From assembly GCF_009914755.1 (NCBI RefSeq), contig NC_060934.1: a DNA stretch of 64,000 nucleotides; one strand, 5' to 3'. Source of the stretch: the human T2T-CHM13v2.0 reference genome, Homo sapiens. A program made the position numbers and the translations under genes. The notes beneath the pieces are model-generated. The model was not told where the DNA came from. It did no database searches and saw nothing but the letters and a program-made list of their open reading frames with translations. Shown piece after piece: positions 42,386 through 56,158 of this stretch; the stretch's first letter is position 1; the number at the start of each line of letters is the position of its first letter.

Positions 42386-43365
42386 GGAGGGGGCAGAGGG
42401 ATGGGGGATGGGCAGGGGGAGGAGCAGAGGAAGCAGGGAGAGTAAAAGAATGTTTACCAAAAGAATTGCAGGTAAAATAACAATGATATGATCAATTTAT
42501 GCCTAATCCTTGGTTTGAAGGCTACTATTAAATCAAATTCTTAAATTCCCGATAAAGGTCAAGTAACAGGTTTCTAAGCCAGGCCACATGCTGCATTAGT
42601 TACTGCACAAGCAGGGCTATGGCTAAGCAGGTTGCTCATAGCCGTGTCAAAAACAGACACACGTGCCCAGATGCAGCTGACGGGGCAGTGGCACAGAACA
42701 AGGCTTCGGATGAGCCCATCACCATGACAACCGATGTCCCTCGGCTTCCCAAAAAGCTCACGGAAATGGTGGCACCAGAACAAGGCAGTCAGGGCCTGAC
42801 GTCCTCTAGCCGGCCCCCAGGGAGAGCAGGGCCACCGGCTCTCTACAGATGCACGGCCATCCTTTTCAAATGCAGGCTGCCAGAAACGATTCCACTTATC
42901 ACAGCTGCGCAGGAGAAGGCACGGCACTTCAGCCAGGATTGAAATCTGGAGGAGAACGGTCTATGAGCAGATGTCTGGGCTGCTGCCTGCCGGTGCCTTG
43001 GGTTCTAGGCGACGTGTAGGAGCCTCGAGTCTGGACTCTGTGTAACAGTAAGATGCCTCCTACACTCGGCAAATCATTTTTGAATTTTCACGTCGTAGTT
43101 GTGAACAGACTGAATTTCTTTTCTTAGTTCTTAATGAAGTATGGAAGAGGAATAGCCTTTTCACATTTAGCAAAAGAATTTGTCAGGCTCTGGAAGGAAG
43201 GGAGCTGCCCCGTGGTGGGAACAATTGCCCCTCTGTGATCTCCAAACACCTGGGAGCCCCTGCACGATCTCAGAACACAACACCCGGGAGACCCTCATTC
43301 ACCCGCTGCGCATCCTCTATCTCTACCAGATAGAAGCGTCTTCTGAATGAAGCATCTTTAACAGA

Positions 43366-43490
43366 TTTTTTTTGAGACAGAATCTGACTATGTTGCCCAG
43401 GCTGGTCTCGAAGTCCTGGGCTCCACTGATTCTCCCATCCTGGCCTCCCGCATTGCTGGGACCACAGGCGTGAGCCACTGCGCCTGGCTG
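43366..43490 (-). mobile_element. Alu monomer (FLAM)
   Basis: Reverse single arm. Confidence 0.82.
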
Positions 43491-46058
43491 ATGAAGCTCT
43501 GAGCCTTCTCCTTGGTGACCGATGCTGGGCAAGACGAGACGGCTCTTCTAAGAAGTCAACTTGGAAACTGGCCTAAATGGGTTCCAAGGTTTCCCGTAAT
43601 GTTTTTAAGAATTCAGACTGGGGTAGGGAAAGCGAGCTTTTGAGGAGAGATCAGGCTTTTTGTGGAGCCTTATTTTGTGCCCGTTTGCTACATGAAGACG
43701 TAGCACGTTCCCTCATCTCCACGTGCATCCTCTGAATGGAAGTTTGGGACCTTGAATGCCTCCCCATGCAGACTAGGGCCTGTTTTCCCGACTGCTCCTG
43801 GGAGGCAGAGGCCTTCTAGCTGCACCTCACTCTCAAAGTCTGTTCTTGGCAGCAGCTGACAGTGTCCCCTGTTGAAGAGAGGTGGGCATGTCCCAAATGC
43901 CCCCAGGGTATATCACAGCCTCGCCATTTAAGCTACAGAGTTGAGAGGAATCCCAAAACGTGTGTATTTGAGGCTCATGTCTCTTTTCTCTTCCCGCTCC
44001 CATTAATGGATTCACCCATCTGCAAGTCGGCAGCCGCATCGCTGGTATTATCAAATATCCTACCATGCAATGCTTGGCGAATTCGCTCAGGGCACAGGGC
44101 GGGAGTTTTATCTCAAAGACAGCAGCGAGACACACAAATCCCAAGTGGGAGGCAAGCCCTTCCCAGGTGCCAGGCTCTGGCCTCAGCAGACTCTTCCTGC
44201 TATTCGGGGGCAATATTCCCAGGGACCTTTAAAGCTGTGGAATTGTACCTTGTTTTGTAACTCTGTAATATTTTTGCCAGCTCAGCTGCTGAGTTAAAGG
44301 TCTCTTAATACTTTTGTGCTCAAATAAGATAATCTGAGGGTACACAGTGCCATTAACTGAGTAAATATGAATTCATGCAGTAAGAAAGGCAATTTGGGTG
44401 TCAATAGGCTGTCTCTGTTTCCAGCATCTCAGAACACTGTCACCCACAAATGGCCTCAACGAATGTTTGCTTTGGCTTCCAATAATGGCTACTCACCTGT
44501 CAGGGTCATTTTAAATGTTTATTCGAAGGGGCCTTAGAAATCATCCAGCCCAATTCCCTTCTCTGTGGTTGGAAGCTGGGGCCCCGGGGCAGGGGACGTC
44601 TGCTAAGCTGCGTATCAGGCCCTCAGCAGAGACGTAGGGCCTCAGCTCTGCCAGTTAATATTTGTTAAAAAGCTTTTTAAAGACACAAAATTATGTAACC
44701 TCTCAGTTTAGCAAAAACAGATGAGACACTAAATATATATATACTATTTTCTTTCTTTCAAGTTATCAATCACATGAAGCTTCATTTAATGAAGTACATT
44801 ATTAGAGTAAAAAGATTTCCAATCTCCTGGGCCACTATTCCCCAGCTAAACTCCTAAGGAAGAGGGCTTTCTGCAGGAGGTCACACTCCTGACCGCAGTG
44901 TGAGGTTGCTGGCTCTGTCTCCCCACTGGGTTTTCCTGACCTCGGCGTGAGGCTGCTGGCTGCTCTCTCTCGCCTGGGTTTTCCCGGTCACTGGGCTTCT
45001 CGACATTTGGCTCAGGTGAGCCGAGCCCTGTAGCTATGGAGTCATTACAGCTTTGTATTTGCAAAGGATCCTCCTCCTTCCATAAACACTTGTCTGAACC
45101 CTGTCTCCACCAGCTACTGAACTACTTCCCAGCTGGGACCGTGGGTCACTGGGGTTGCTGGGTTGAGAGTGTCTGACAATCAAACAGTGGGGAGAGAGGA
45201 TCAGGTCACTTCGGAGTTTACAATGAGGATACCCTGGAGAGCGCTGACACCATTATAAATCTTCATACTACAGAAACAGCCTGGGCAGAGCAACTGCCTC
45301 CGTGTCCTTCACAAGGCTGTTTACGTCCCGAGGCGGCAGACAGAGGCAGCGTTTTCCACCCTTTCAGAGCACTCCCTGAGGGACGATGCCCATGGCTTGA
45401 GCGGCTCCCAACAGAAGGCCACGCACCCACAGAATGTGGTGAAATGGATACTGTTCCCTGCAACTCCACATTCCCCGTGTCAATCATAAAAACCAGGGAC
45501 CGCGAGAACAACAGTGTGGGGGGAAAACTGTGCCAATCAAACACCAGAGACCATGAGAACAGCCGTGTGTGGGAGGGGGCGGAAACAAACTGTGCCAATC
45601 AAACACCAGAGACCATGAGAACAATGGTGTGGGGGAAAAAAAAAAGAAATGGAGGAGGAATATTTAAGGAAATCTGCAACATAAGAAAAAAATTAGAAGT
45701 AGGTCAGAAATGAAAGAGCAACCATACGTGTGAACCCAATGTGCTTAGAAAGTGAGAGCACCGTGGCCGTGTCCTTCAGGAGAATGAGCTTTTGCTACGG
45801 GAGAACAGAGCCAGTAAGTTACGTGCTGACGACCACACTAACACCCCTGAGCCTACAGAGAATAAAAGCAAGGCATTTACAGCCAGAAGACCAGAATCCA
45901 AGTTGCCCCCACCCATTCTATTTTCTTGGGGTAACCGCTTCTTTCCCGCAAGCATCAGCTTCCTGCAAGCAGCCCTGGGTGAACTCCCGCACCTCCCAGT
46001 GCCGTGCAGCCCCAAGGGAACTCCCGCACCTCACAAGCTGCCCAAGTGGTGCACATAC

Positions 46059-46260
46059 CTGGCTGCTTCTGTCGAGGCTTAGGCAAGTTTGTGACGCAGG
46101 TGTGGGGGCACATTAGGACATTGCAGGGGTGCAGAGAGCCCTCCAGAAAAAGCTGTTTTGTTTCTGATAAATGGATCCCACCAAGCGGGGTTTTGGGGAG
46201 GGTGTTTGCTGGCACCAAGGCCAGGCAATAAACTCCAACTTGATGTATACTGTCAATCGC
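46059..46260 (-). CDS. DIP2C: DIP2C coding exon, 202 nt (AIDSIHQV...KPRQKQP)
   Basis: Acceptor ctttctag|GCG, donor CAG|gtatgt; phase 0 to 1. Confidence 0.95.
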
Positions 46261-46765
46261 CTAGAAAGTTAATAAAGAGGAAATCATGTTATAAGAGGAA
46301 GTATAAACAGTACGTATTTATATTATGCAAAATATGATCCACAATACACAGAAGTCTGTGCAGTATAAGCACTGTTCCCAGCATAAAAATGCCAAGGTAA
46401 GAGAAAGGATTTTCCTACTAAACTCACCAAAGCTGAATAATGTTACCCAGGGCTTGTGGAAGACCATACACAGTAAAAAAGGAACTTTGGAGAAAAGATA
46501 ACATGTTCTCAAGATCAAACAAAAAGCTTACTTCGACCTCCCCAAGGTGTCCGGTAGGAACCAGCTGTGCAAATTCCTGGTCCCTACACCCTCGATCTGC
46601 TGAGCTAGTTTCTGGACACTTGATGTAGTTCCTGATCAAATGAAGGGAAGGGAAAAAGGGCCACCCCATGGGCAAAGCAACAGCTGGTCACACCATGATC
46701 TGAATGAAGTAAGGAGGCCAGAAACAAGACACAGGGGACCAGTGCCCAGGGCGAGGGAGGGCAAC

Positions 46766-46880
46766 CTGCAGCACACGGCTCATCCACTGGAAACTGTCCT
46801 CTTCCGTGGAGTCAGGCCTCTGCTCAGCCACGATCACGATCCTCTCGTCGTGCAGCACGGTCACCGAGAACACGGCTATC
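46766..46880 (-). CDS. DIP2C: DIP2C coding exon, 115 nt (IAVFSVTV...WMSRVLQ)
   Basis: Acceptor ccccgcag|G, weak donor CAG|gttgcc; phase 2 to 0. Confidence 0.93.
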
Positions 46881-47942
46881 CTGCGGGGACACAGGAGCAT
46901 GGTGAGCACGCGCCGGGGACGCTCATGCAGCCCTCCCTCCGCCATCAGGGGCTCCATAACCATCACTAGTGAGTGACACAGCTCCAACTACGACTTCAAA
47001 ACGGCCGCTGTACTTCCGAATTTCCCCACACTCATCAGTACGGGAAGAACTGTGGGAGGCGCCCAGGGATGCTGCCGAGGCAAGGTCACCCTGATCCCCA
47101 CGGAGGCCACACACAGCACCCGCGGGCTCTGGTGACCAGGTTGCGCCTTTCGGTACAGAGGGGCAAATGCGCAATGATCAGACCTGCTGAAATTTAGGGA
47201 GTCACACCCTTCACAGCTCGAGTTTGCACCCGTGAAGTTAACGGTCTCCAAATCAGTAGAAATTTGCCGTTTCAGAACTAGTGATTTTCTGCTAAGTGTA
47301 TGTGCCTTATACTGTCAGCACAGCACAGTCACCTCCAGTAAAAGAGATTGTAGCTGTAAAGATAATTCAAAGGCAGCAACATCATATCCAGGTATCTACT
47401 TCCTGCTCCCATCAGCTTCCAAACTGAAAAAAGGCTCTAAAACACTTTATGACTTCCTCCAGATTGGCAAAAACTCAGGAACCGTGGCAACTTATTTCAT
47501 CACGGAGCCTCCACTGTGCACCAGGCAAGGCAGGGAGAAGAAAACTGGTAGAGCGGGGAGGTGGCGAGCGTCTGCACTCACACAAGTCTGTGACTGAACC
47601 ATTGTCCTTGGGTCTCTCCAACCCGCTCCACGATGGATATCTGGATCTTTAATTTGTGCAGTTATTTATCAGAAATAAGTTTTCTAATGCATATTTCTAT
47701 TATACTTAGAGGGGAAGTTCAATGGAAATATATTTATGGAGCTCAGGGAATTTCTATAAAATCTTGGACATTCAGAACTGGATTAAATCTCAGAGGTCAG
47801 AGTCCAGTTGCTTCAATAACATGGAAGAGGAAACGGAGACACAATACATTTAAGGAAACTGTGCAACTTTCAACCCTTCAAAACCACATAAAAAATATGG
47901 CCGACCGGAAACCATATGCTTGATTTGCAGAACGCCACTGAC

Positions 47943-48151
47943 CTTCCCCGGTAGACAAACTTCATGGGTTCTACGGCCAGCGCAGTGGCCACGATGTCGT
48001 CGGCGTTGTGCCTGCGCCCGCTGACCACCATGAGGCCATCCATCTTGCCCACCACGAAGACGAGGCCTCCGGGACCCACGAACCCCAGCAAGCCTGTCCT
48101 TATGAATGGGTATTCACTGATCGGAGCCCCGGAGCTTGTCATGGGAAACAC
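47943..48151 (-). CDS. DIP2C: DIP2C coding exon, 209 nt (VFPMTSSG...KFVYRGR)
   Basis: Acceptor ttcccccag|GTG, donor AAG|gtcagt; phase 0 to 2. Confidence 0.95.
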
Positions 48152-48819
48152 CTGGGGGAAACAGCATCCATCAGGCCACTGTTCATGTGGTCAGCTGGTT
48201 TTAATCCTCGCCGCTACTCCTGGGAGCACGGCACCTGCTTTGCTTAAGCTCTGCCTTTCACCCCAGCAACCCTGCCCTAGGGCCGAGGTCACAGTGACCG
48301 CTGGTGGCCAACAGTCTTCGAGGCAGAAAAGCACTTCCTGCCCACCTCAGCAGGACCCCATCCGTTCCTGCACCTCCACTCACCTGCTGGAGCCTCCTGC
48401 CTCTGAACCCTGAACAGATAACACCCAGAAGTCTCACAGGAGGCCAATCAGCAATAACTGATTACTTGGTTTACAAAACCACAATGTAAAAGACGAGTGA
48501 AGAGTCAAGGTACATTTTAAACAACGTCTGTTAGTTTTAAAGTAATCTCTCTTCATTCATAAAATGTTATTTGCCCTTGTTGGAAGTATGCTGAAAAGAA
48601 AAATATTAAGGAAGCAAATCAGATCAGTTCAAACTCTAACCCTCTTTTTTCCTCCACCCTTGCAGATAAACCAGAGAAACGGAGATGGAGTTTTTATTTA
48701 GATTTGTATCCAGCTCAGTTTCGAGGGATATTTTAGAAAGTTGAATTCACACTCAAGAAAGCTATCATAGACAGGTACTGTAACATCTGTTCAGCCACAT
48801 CCAAAGTTCTCAACATTTA

Positions 48820-49118
48820 GACCAGCAACAGTGGCTCATGCCTGTAATCCCGGCACTTTAGGAGGCTAAGATGGGAGGATTGCTTGAGGCCAGGAGTTTG
48901 AGATCAGCCTGGACAACAGCATGAGACCCCATATGTACACAAGAATTTTTTTTTTAATTATTCAGGTGTGGTGGCACACGCCTGTACTCCCAGTGACTCG
49001 GAGGCTGAGGCAGGAAGATGGCTTGAGCCCAGGAGTTTGAAGCTGCAGTGAGCTGTGAACGTGCCACTGCCCTCCAGCCTGAGTGACAGAGCAAGACCCT
49101 GTCTCAACAACAACCAAA
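48820..49118 (+). mobile_element. AluJ-like
   Basis: Dimeric Alu consensus. Confidence 0.9.
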
Positions 49119-49390
49119 AGTTCTAAACATTTAGGAAATGTATCCCCAAACAATTTATATTTTCTTACATATAACTTAAATGTTGTGCTACTTCTAAGGC
49201 CAGGACCTACTTGGTAAAAAGATAAGAGTTCTGAGTTGCAGCACTGAACGTGTGTCTGAGCCCTTCATTACACAGCACATCTGTGCACACGCCCCATGCA
49301 CGCACATTACACACGCATCTGTGTACACCACATGCATACTTGCTTGTGCCACTGAGATCGTTACATACACGTGTGCTCGAGTTCTCACAG

Positions 49391-49533
49391 GTTCATACCT
49401 GGCCACATCTAGCCCAGGCCGAGGAGCCGTAAAGGGGCTCTAGTTGGCTTCCCCAGGCGAGGGTTCGTACCTGGCCACGTGTAGCCCAGGCCAAGGGGCT
49501 GTAAAGGGGCTCCACTTGGCTTCCCCAGGCAAG
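49391..49533. repeat. 72-bp tandem duplication
   Basis: gttc(a/g)tacctggccac at 49391 and 49463. Confidence 0.85.
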
Positions 49534-49843
49534 GCCCTTCACGCACACAAGTGCACGTTCAATAATGATCCACTTTTCACAGTAAAAGTGAGAAAAGTAA
49601 CAAAAAGGATCCTTTTTAAAGCATGCTTATTCTTTTAAACACTGGTTATAAGGTCAGAACAATGCTGATAAAACAAATTTATCAAAAGCGATAAAAAGTG
49701 GTAAAGTGCCATCGTTTTCATTCATATAAACACGTCTTGCTAAAATGGATCTTACATTCCACGTCTATCACTATGCACCTGGCAAGGGCTCTTTGGAGAC
49801 GGAGCCACAGATGGTGCCCATGGTAAGACTCTCCTCCACCTAC

Positions 49844-49980
49844 CTCAAAGGTGTTCTTGGTCATGCCAGAGAGGCCATAGTAGGACGTGCCCGTCGCAAC
49901 TGCACACACACACAGCTCCCCGATCTCATCCGTTCTGCACAGCTGAGGAACCCCGTCTGGCTTCACTGAACACATGATGG
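49844..49980 (-). CDS. DIP2C: DIP2C coding exon, 137 nt (AIMCSVKPDG...MTKNTFE)
   Basis: Acceptor cttttag|CC, donor GAG|gtaggt; phase 1 to 0. Confidence 0.95.
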
Positions 49981-50704
49981 CTAAAAGCAAACAGGAAAGC
50001 ACATGCAGTGTGAGAGGGGGCAGGTGGGGAGAATAAAGGAAACAGGGAAGACGCGAATATGAACGACACCAGTGAACGGGAATGGGGTCTGGAGCAAAAC
50101 TGCACGGATGGTAGTCAGCCAGGCACTCATTTTCCCTAAAGAGCCATGAGTTTTCCTGTTGCAGCAACATGTCAAATTTCATAGTTGAAACATCAATAAA
50201 TATTTCAATTGCTTTAATGTTAATGCGCAAGTTGTATTTAGGGGCGTGACATCATCTGCCATTTAGATATGGGGAGGAACCTCAGAACTAACATCAGGAC
50301 CACCTGCCACACCAGACATCAGCAACGTGGTGCAACTTGACCTCTGCAAATCAAGCCTCTAATGTCTTATGGAAATCTGAATCTTCGATTTCACACTCCG
50401 TGCAAGGTGAGCCCTTCCGAGAACACCACTGGAGCGCTTTGCACACGGTTCAATGCTGATAAGTTCTCACTGGTCTGTGCCACCAACACTTTCATGCTTT
50501 GCCCAACAACATCCTACATACCCCCCAACTGCAATCCACAAATCTGATTAGGGAGCCAAGAGCCTCAGGCTTCAGAAGGGTGGAGTGTGCATTAGTGACA
50601 GCTGAGCTGTTTAGAAAGAGCCTAAAACAGCCGGCACCCGCTGGGCTGGAGTACAGAACAGTGGAAACATAAGTTAAACTCACAGGAAGAAAGATTCACA
50701 TTAA

Positions 50705-51002
<298 letters not shown>

Positions 51003-51462
51003 GTTCACATTAAATTTACACTGAAAGATTCTTCACCCATCAGATTGGTAAAAACAAAAGTCAGGTAATACGGTGGGTAAGGAGTGGAGAAAGAAGTGCT
51101 GCTGCTTACCGCTCGGCAGGGTACAGCTTCACAACCTTCGAAAAGACAATCACAAAAATCACATCGGCAGTTCTCTTTGAAACACAACTCCCACTTCTAG
51201 AACTGTTTCCATTAGACACGAGGGGGTCACTCACTGCAGCAGCAAAAGAGGGAAATTCACCAAACGGGGGGGCTCAAATAAACTTAGTGCCCCCACAAGG
51301 TAGCACTGTGCTGCCTTGAGAACACCGCGGAGCTCGTTACGCGCTGACAAAGGACCCTCAGGATAAAACATGCGTATGTACGCAGTACTCCATCATGACG
51401 TGAGAAAACCCCGGAACCCAGGGCAGAGGACACACACGGGGTGGGGGTGCAGGCTTCTGTTC

Positions 51463-51633
51463 CACAGCCCCAGGTGCCTCCGACGGGGGCCCGGGAAGCC
51501 CGCGTTTGCTCTCACTGCTGCACAGCCCCAGGTGCCTCCGACGGGGGCCCGGGAAGCCCGCGTTTGCTCTCACTGCTGCACAGCCCCAGGTGCCTCTGAC
51601 AGGGGCCTGGGAAGCCCGCGGTTGTTCTCACAG
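51463..51633. repeat. 58-bp GC-rich minisatellite, about 3 copies
   Basis: cacagccccaggtgcctc at 51463, 51521 and 51579. Confidence 0.92.
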
Positions 51634-52830
51634 TCACAAAGGAGCATTTTCATTGTGTCCTTCAGAACCTTTTGAAGATTTCACCATGCAGTTCCATTTA
51701 TTTGAAAATTAAATATTAAAGAAATGGAGCCAGGGGGGCCTGGCCACAGCTGGGAGGCAGGGAGTGGGCTGGACACAGGGGCTAGAGGGCTGCAGGCAGA
51801 GGCAGAGCTGCGGGGATGCTGGAGGGCGTCCGCAGGGAATCAGGGAGTAGTGAGGAGGAGGGAAGCCACGGGCTGCCTTCATTTCTTTTATGCCAAACAG
51901 GCCGAACAGAAAGGCGAGACAGCTTCTGGAGTGCCTGGCCCTAGCGCAGCTCACCATGAAGGGGCATGAGGGGTCTGCCTCTGTGAGACTCCATGGGGCG
52001 AGGGTCCCTGCTGAGGCCCACCTGACCTGGCGCCCTGCACCTGCTGCTGAAGGCGGCAGCACTGCTCGCACAGGCATGGCTACCCTGCTGGGCTTGAGCC
52101 CACACCCCATGCCTGGAGGGCTCAGCAGGAGACACAGGCTCCAGGATTCCCAGCTGAGAAAAGAGACGGGTTCCCTTTCTGGGGCCAAACAGCCAGGGGC
52201 TGATGCTGCCTGTGACCCCATGAGTTGAGCGCCAAGCGTGTGCACCCTAAGAATGGTAAAGCGGCTCCTGGGAGGTGCCTGGGCGCTCCTCGTGGGGCTG
52301 GTGGGGAGGCACGGCGGGCCCTGCAGCTGGGCGCTTCCTCATGCATCTGTGGAAAAGGCTTCTGAGACTTGGAAAAAGGTCTCTACTGCTGAAAACAGGT
52401 TTCATGGTCACACAAACTCACATTCCTTGATTTTCACATGTGTCTGCCTTGGCGGAAGCCGAGCTTGGCTGTTCCCACTCTGGCTAGTGCCTTAGGGTGA
52501 CAGATGGGCACGTCCTCTGGGGGAGGGAAGGGAAGCTGCCCAGGCACCAGTGTGGACCCTGCACTGGCCCCGAAGCCTTCCAGGGAAGAGCAGCCTGAGG
52601 TCCCAGTGTGCAAAGCTGCCCTTCCCCATCTTCTTGATCGTCTACCAGGAGAGGGAACACTGCCTCAAATGTCTGAAGCCTAACAAAGACTTCAGAAGAC
52701 TGGGAGTGAGGCTCTCAGCCTGAGGGCACACCACGGGAACGCGGGAACGTGGGAACGCAGGCTTTGGTGACATGTGTTAGAAAAGCATTTAATAACTGGT
52801 TAATCTGTGCAGCTCGCGACCCACACTCAC

Positions 52831-52970
52831 CTCCAGGCATCACGAGGCCGACATCCTGCACGGTGAGCACGGACAGCTTCTCTTCCGAGTCCACACGAAT
52901 GACCCCATAGGTCAGTCCATGCATGGAGAGGACACCCCGGCCCGGGGGCTGGTTACTGTCATCCGTGGGC
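52831..52970 (-). CDS. DIP2C: DIP2C coding exon, 140 nt (RPTDDSNQ...VGLVMPG)
   Basis: Acceptor cattacag|G, donor G|gtgagt; phase 2 to 1. Confidence 0.95.
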
Positions 52971-54669
52971 CTGTAATGACAGTTTTTAACTTGAATATGC
53001 AGGAGCAGATAAGCCATCACAATCACAGATGTGCAGTCAGCACACATGCGGCAGGCTGGGCACCTCTGGGCACAGTGCTGGCACCCCAGGCACAGTGCTG
53101 GCTGCCCATGTGGCTGCATTAGGGGATGCTCGTTCTGTTTATGAACAGCTGGCAGCGAGTCTACTGCTTCCGCCTCTACATTCCCAGGGAATCCCAAGAA
53201 CACCCGTAAACTACCAACGCAGCTCCTCTCCTGCCCCCTCTATGCAGGCCCTGCACAGACCAGCTCTCTCTCCCCTCCCTCCAGGCCCTGCACAGACCAG
53301 CTCTCTCTTTCCTCCCGGCTCCTGCTCACTCCACGGTCTGCTCTTCTAGTTTTGCAAATGTCTGGAGGGTGGTGCATCCACTCCAAGAATGCAGACAAAA
53401 CCACTGAACAGCAATGATGGAAATCCTGACTGTCCAGCCTCAATTCAGATGCAGACTGCCTGGGCGTATGCCCAATTTTATAAGAATCTAAAATAAGATT
53501 TACGCTGTGCCATTGTGGCTGCCAAGTTCTAAGGAAAACTATTTGGGTGGCAGGCAAGCTGTAGAATGCATTGTGGGTCAGGAGAAGACGGGTCCGCATA
53601 AGGCAGTTTTCAGAAGACCACTGCGCACACGTTCACCACGCTGGGGCCCACCCCACCTCCTCTGCCGGACACCCCAGCTTGCTCCCGCCTTGGGGCTTCT
53701 GTGCTGGTTCTCGCTGCTACCCAGGACGTTCCTCCGGCAGACGTCCACACGGCCCTCTCCCTGTCTCCAGGGGACTTCTTGTCCCCTCAGAAAACACCCC
53801 CCACCCAGTGTGCCCACCCCACAGCACACACCTCTGACTACCTGTGCGACCTCCTCCCTCAGACCCAACTCTCCCAAGAGCGGCCACAGTTTGTTTTGCT
53901 CACTGCTGCATCCCAGCCCTGGAAAATGTCTAGCAATGAATAGCTGCTGACTGAATTTGCGAACAAATAAGTTAAAATCTAAGATCACGGATTACATTCC
54001 TGAAAACTAACAATTCCTCAACGGTTATCTAAGTGAGTCACCACAATTTAGGTACACATTGTTTCTGTAATTTTCCATTTATAAATCTTTAACGCACTTC
54101 AGACCTAAAAGCTGGACTATAAGTTAGCTGTTTAACTTTAAAATATTATGGTTTATAATGAAACTGAAGACATAAATGGGGAAACATAAAAGTTAATATT
54201 TGGAAAAGGAGATCTCATTTGAATGAAGTAACTGGTGTATTGAAAAAAGCATGAAAGACTCTGGAAAAAGAATTATTCTAGATGTAAGAATCAAAAAGGA
54301 TAGAGCTAACCAGATATAAAAGAAAAGTCTCCCCAAATAAGAAAACCCACACGGAACTACCTAGATAGGGCGAGCTCAGATCCCTGGGCTTTCCATTATC
54401 CTCCTGGCCTTTAATTCCTAGAGACCCCAAACAAATCAAAACTTCAAAATGAAAACACAGGTGTTGTCAGTGGTCCTGCCACCATCCCCTCACCCTGCAC
54501 CATCCCCTCACCCTGCACCATCCCCTCACCCTACAAGAGTCCTCTACAAAGATCAGCGTGGAAGTCAGGCACTGTGAGCTTCAGCATCTGCTGTGGGTTG
54601 AATCGTGTCCCCGCAAAAGATCACCCCTCGTATCTGTGAGCTTATTTGGATGCAGGGGCTGTTCAGACA

Positions 54670-54752
54670 CAGATGCCCCTGGACTTACAACTTGATAAAC
54701 CCATTGTAAAGGCGGAAATTGAAGTTGAGCCACCGTAAGCCAGGGCCATCTT
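54670..54752. mobile_element. Minimal Tigger-family MITE (MER47-like)
   Basis: Imperfect TIRs cagatgcccctggacttac / gtaagccagggccatct. Confidence 0.55.
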
Positions 54753-54904
54753 ATGACCAGGTTAAGATGAGGTCATACTGGGTTAGAATGGACCCTAAAT
54801 CCAATTACTCTGTCCTTGTAAGAGAAAAGAGAGGTCCTGACACAGGGAGAAGCTCACGTGACGATGGAGGCAGAGACTGGAGTGACAGGTACCCATCCAG
54901 GATA

Positions 54905-55078
54905 GCTGAGCACCCAAGGCTGGGGTGAGGCCCAGGGCGGATCGCTGAGCAGAGCAGCACCCGAGGGAGGCTGGGGTGAGGCCTGGGCTGAGCTGAGCAG
55001 CACCCGAGGGAGGCTGGGGTGAGGCCTGGGCTGAGCTGAGCAGCACCCGAGGGAGGCTGCGGTCAGGCCTGGGGTGGG
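54905..55078. repeat. 43-bp minisatellite, about 4 copies, inside an MLT1 LTR
   Basis: ccgagggaggctggggtgaggcc period 43. Confidence 0.85.
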
Positions 55079-55286
55079 CCCCCTCAGCACCTCCAGACGC
55101 CCAGCCCTGTGACACCTTGGGGTCTCCAACTCCAGCCTCCAGAAGTGAGACAAGTTTCTGTTGTTTAAACCACTCAGTGTGTGGTACTTTGTTACGAGAG
55201 CCGGAATACGCTATCTTAGTGATAAAAATTTAAGGTACACTTATTTTTGTTTTTAAAAGCCACATGAAAGCAAAATGCTAGGCTAG

Positions 55287-55733
<447 letters not shown>

Positions 55734-55974
55734 TAAGACCTGCACATTTAATAATTGAATATGTTAAGATTACAAATTGTGTTTGCTATAGGAACTTTTC
55801 AGTTATGCTTATACAATGATAGTTCCAGGAGGCTGAATATGTTCATATTAGCCACGTTAACCTTCATTAATTTAACCTTCCACTGTACATTTATTCATAT
55901 TTGATAGATTCCCTTGCTAGTCGGAGAAAACGCACGGCCCCGGGATTCTTTCCTTGCAGATGTGCAAGACACTG

Positions 55975-56158
55975 GCATACAGCCAGGCACAGAAGCGCAG
56001 GAGGTCCCGACACACAGCCAGGCACAGAAGCGCAGGAGGTCCCAACACACAGGCAGGCACAGAAGCACGGGTGCTCCCGACACACAGGTGGGCACAGAAG
56101 CGCGGGAGCTCCCGGCACACAGGCAGGCACAGAAGCGCGGGTACTCCTGACACACTGG
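55975..56158. repeat. 35-39-bp minisatellite, about 5 copies
   Basis: ggcacagaagcgc repeated. Confidence 0.85.

Larger units (their letters stand above)
54589..55200 (+). mobile_element. MaLR LTR (MLT1-like) with nested MITE and VNTR
   Basis: tgggttgaatcgtgtcccc start, gttaagatgaggtcatactgg, and end ccactcagtgtgtggtactttgtta. Confidence 0.7.

Noticed and set aside
54905-55078. Immunoglobulin switch-region-like GAGCT/GGGGT pentamers
   Set aside because: Only about 170 bp, inside an LTR relic, with no Ig locus context
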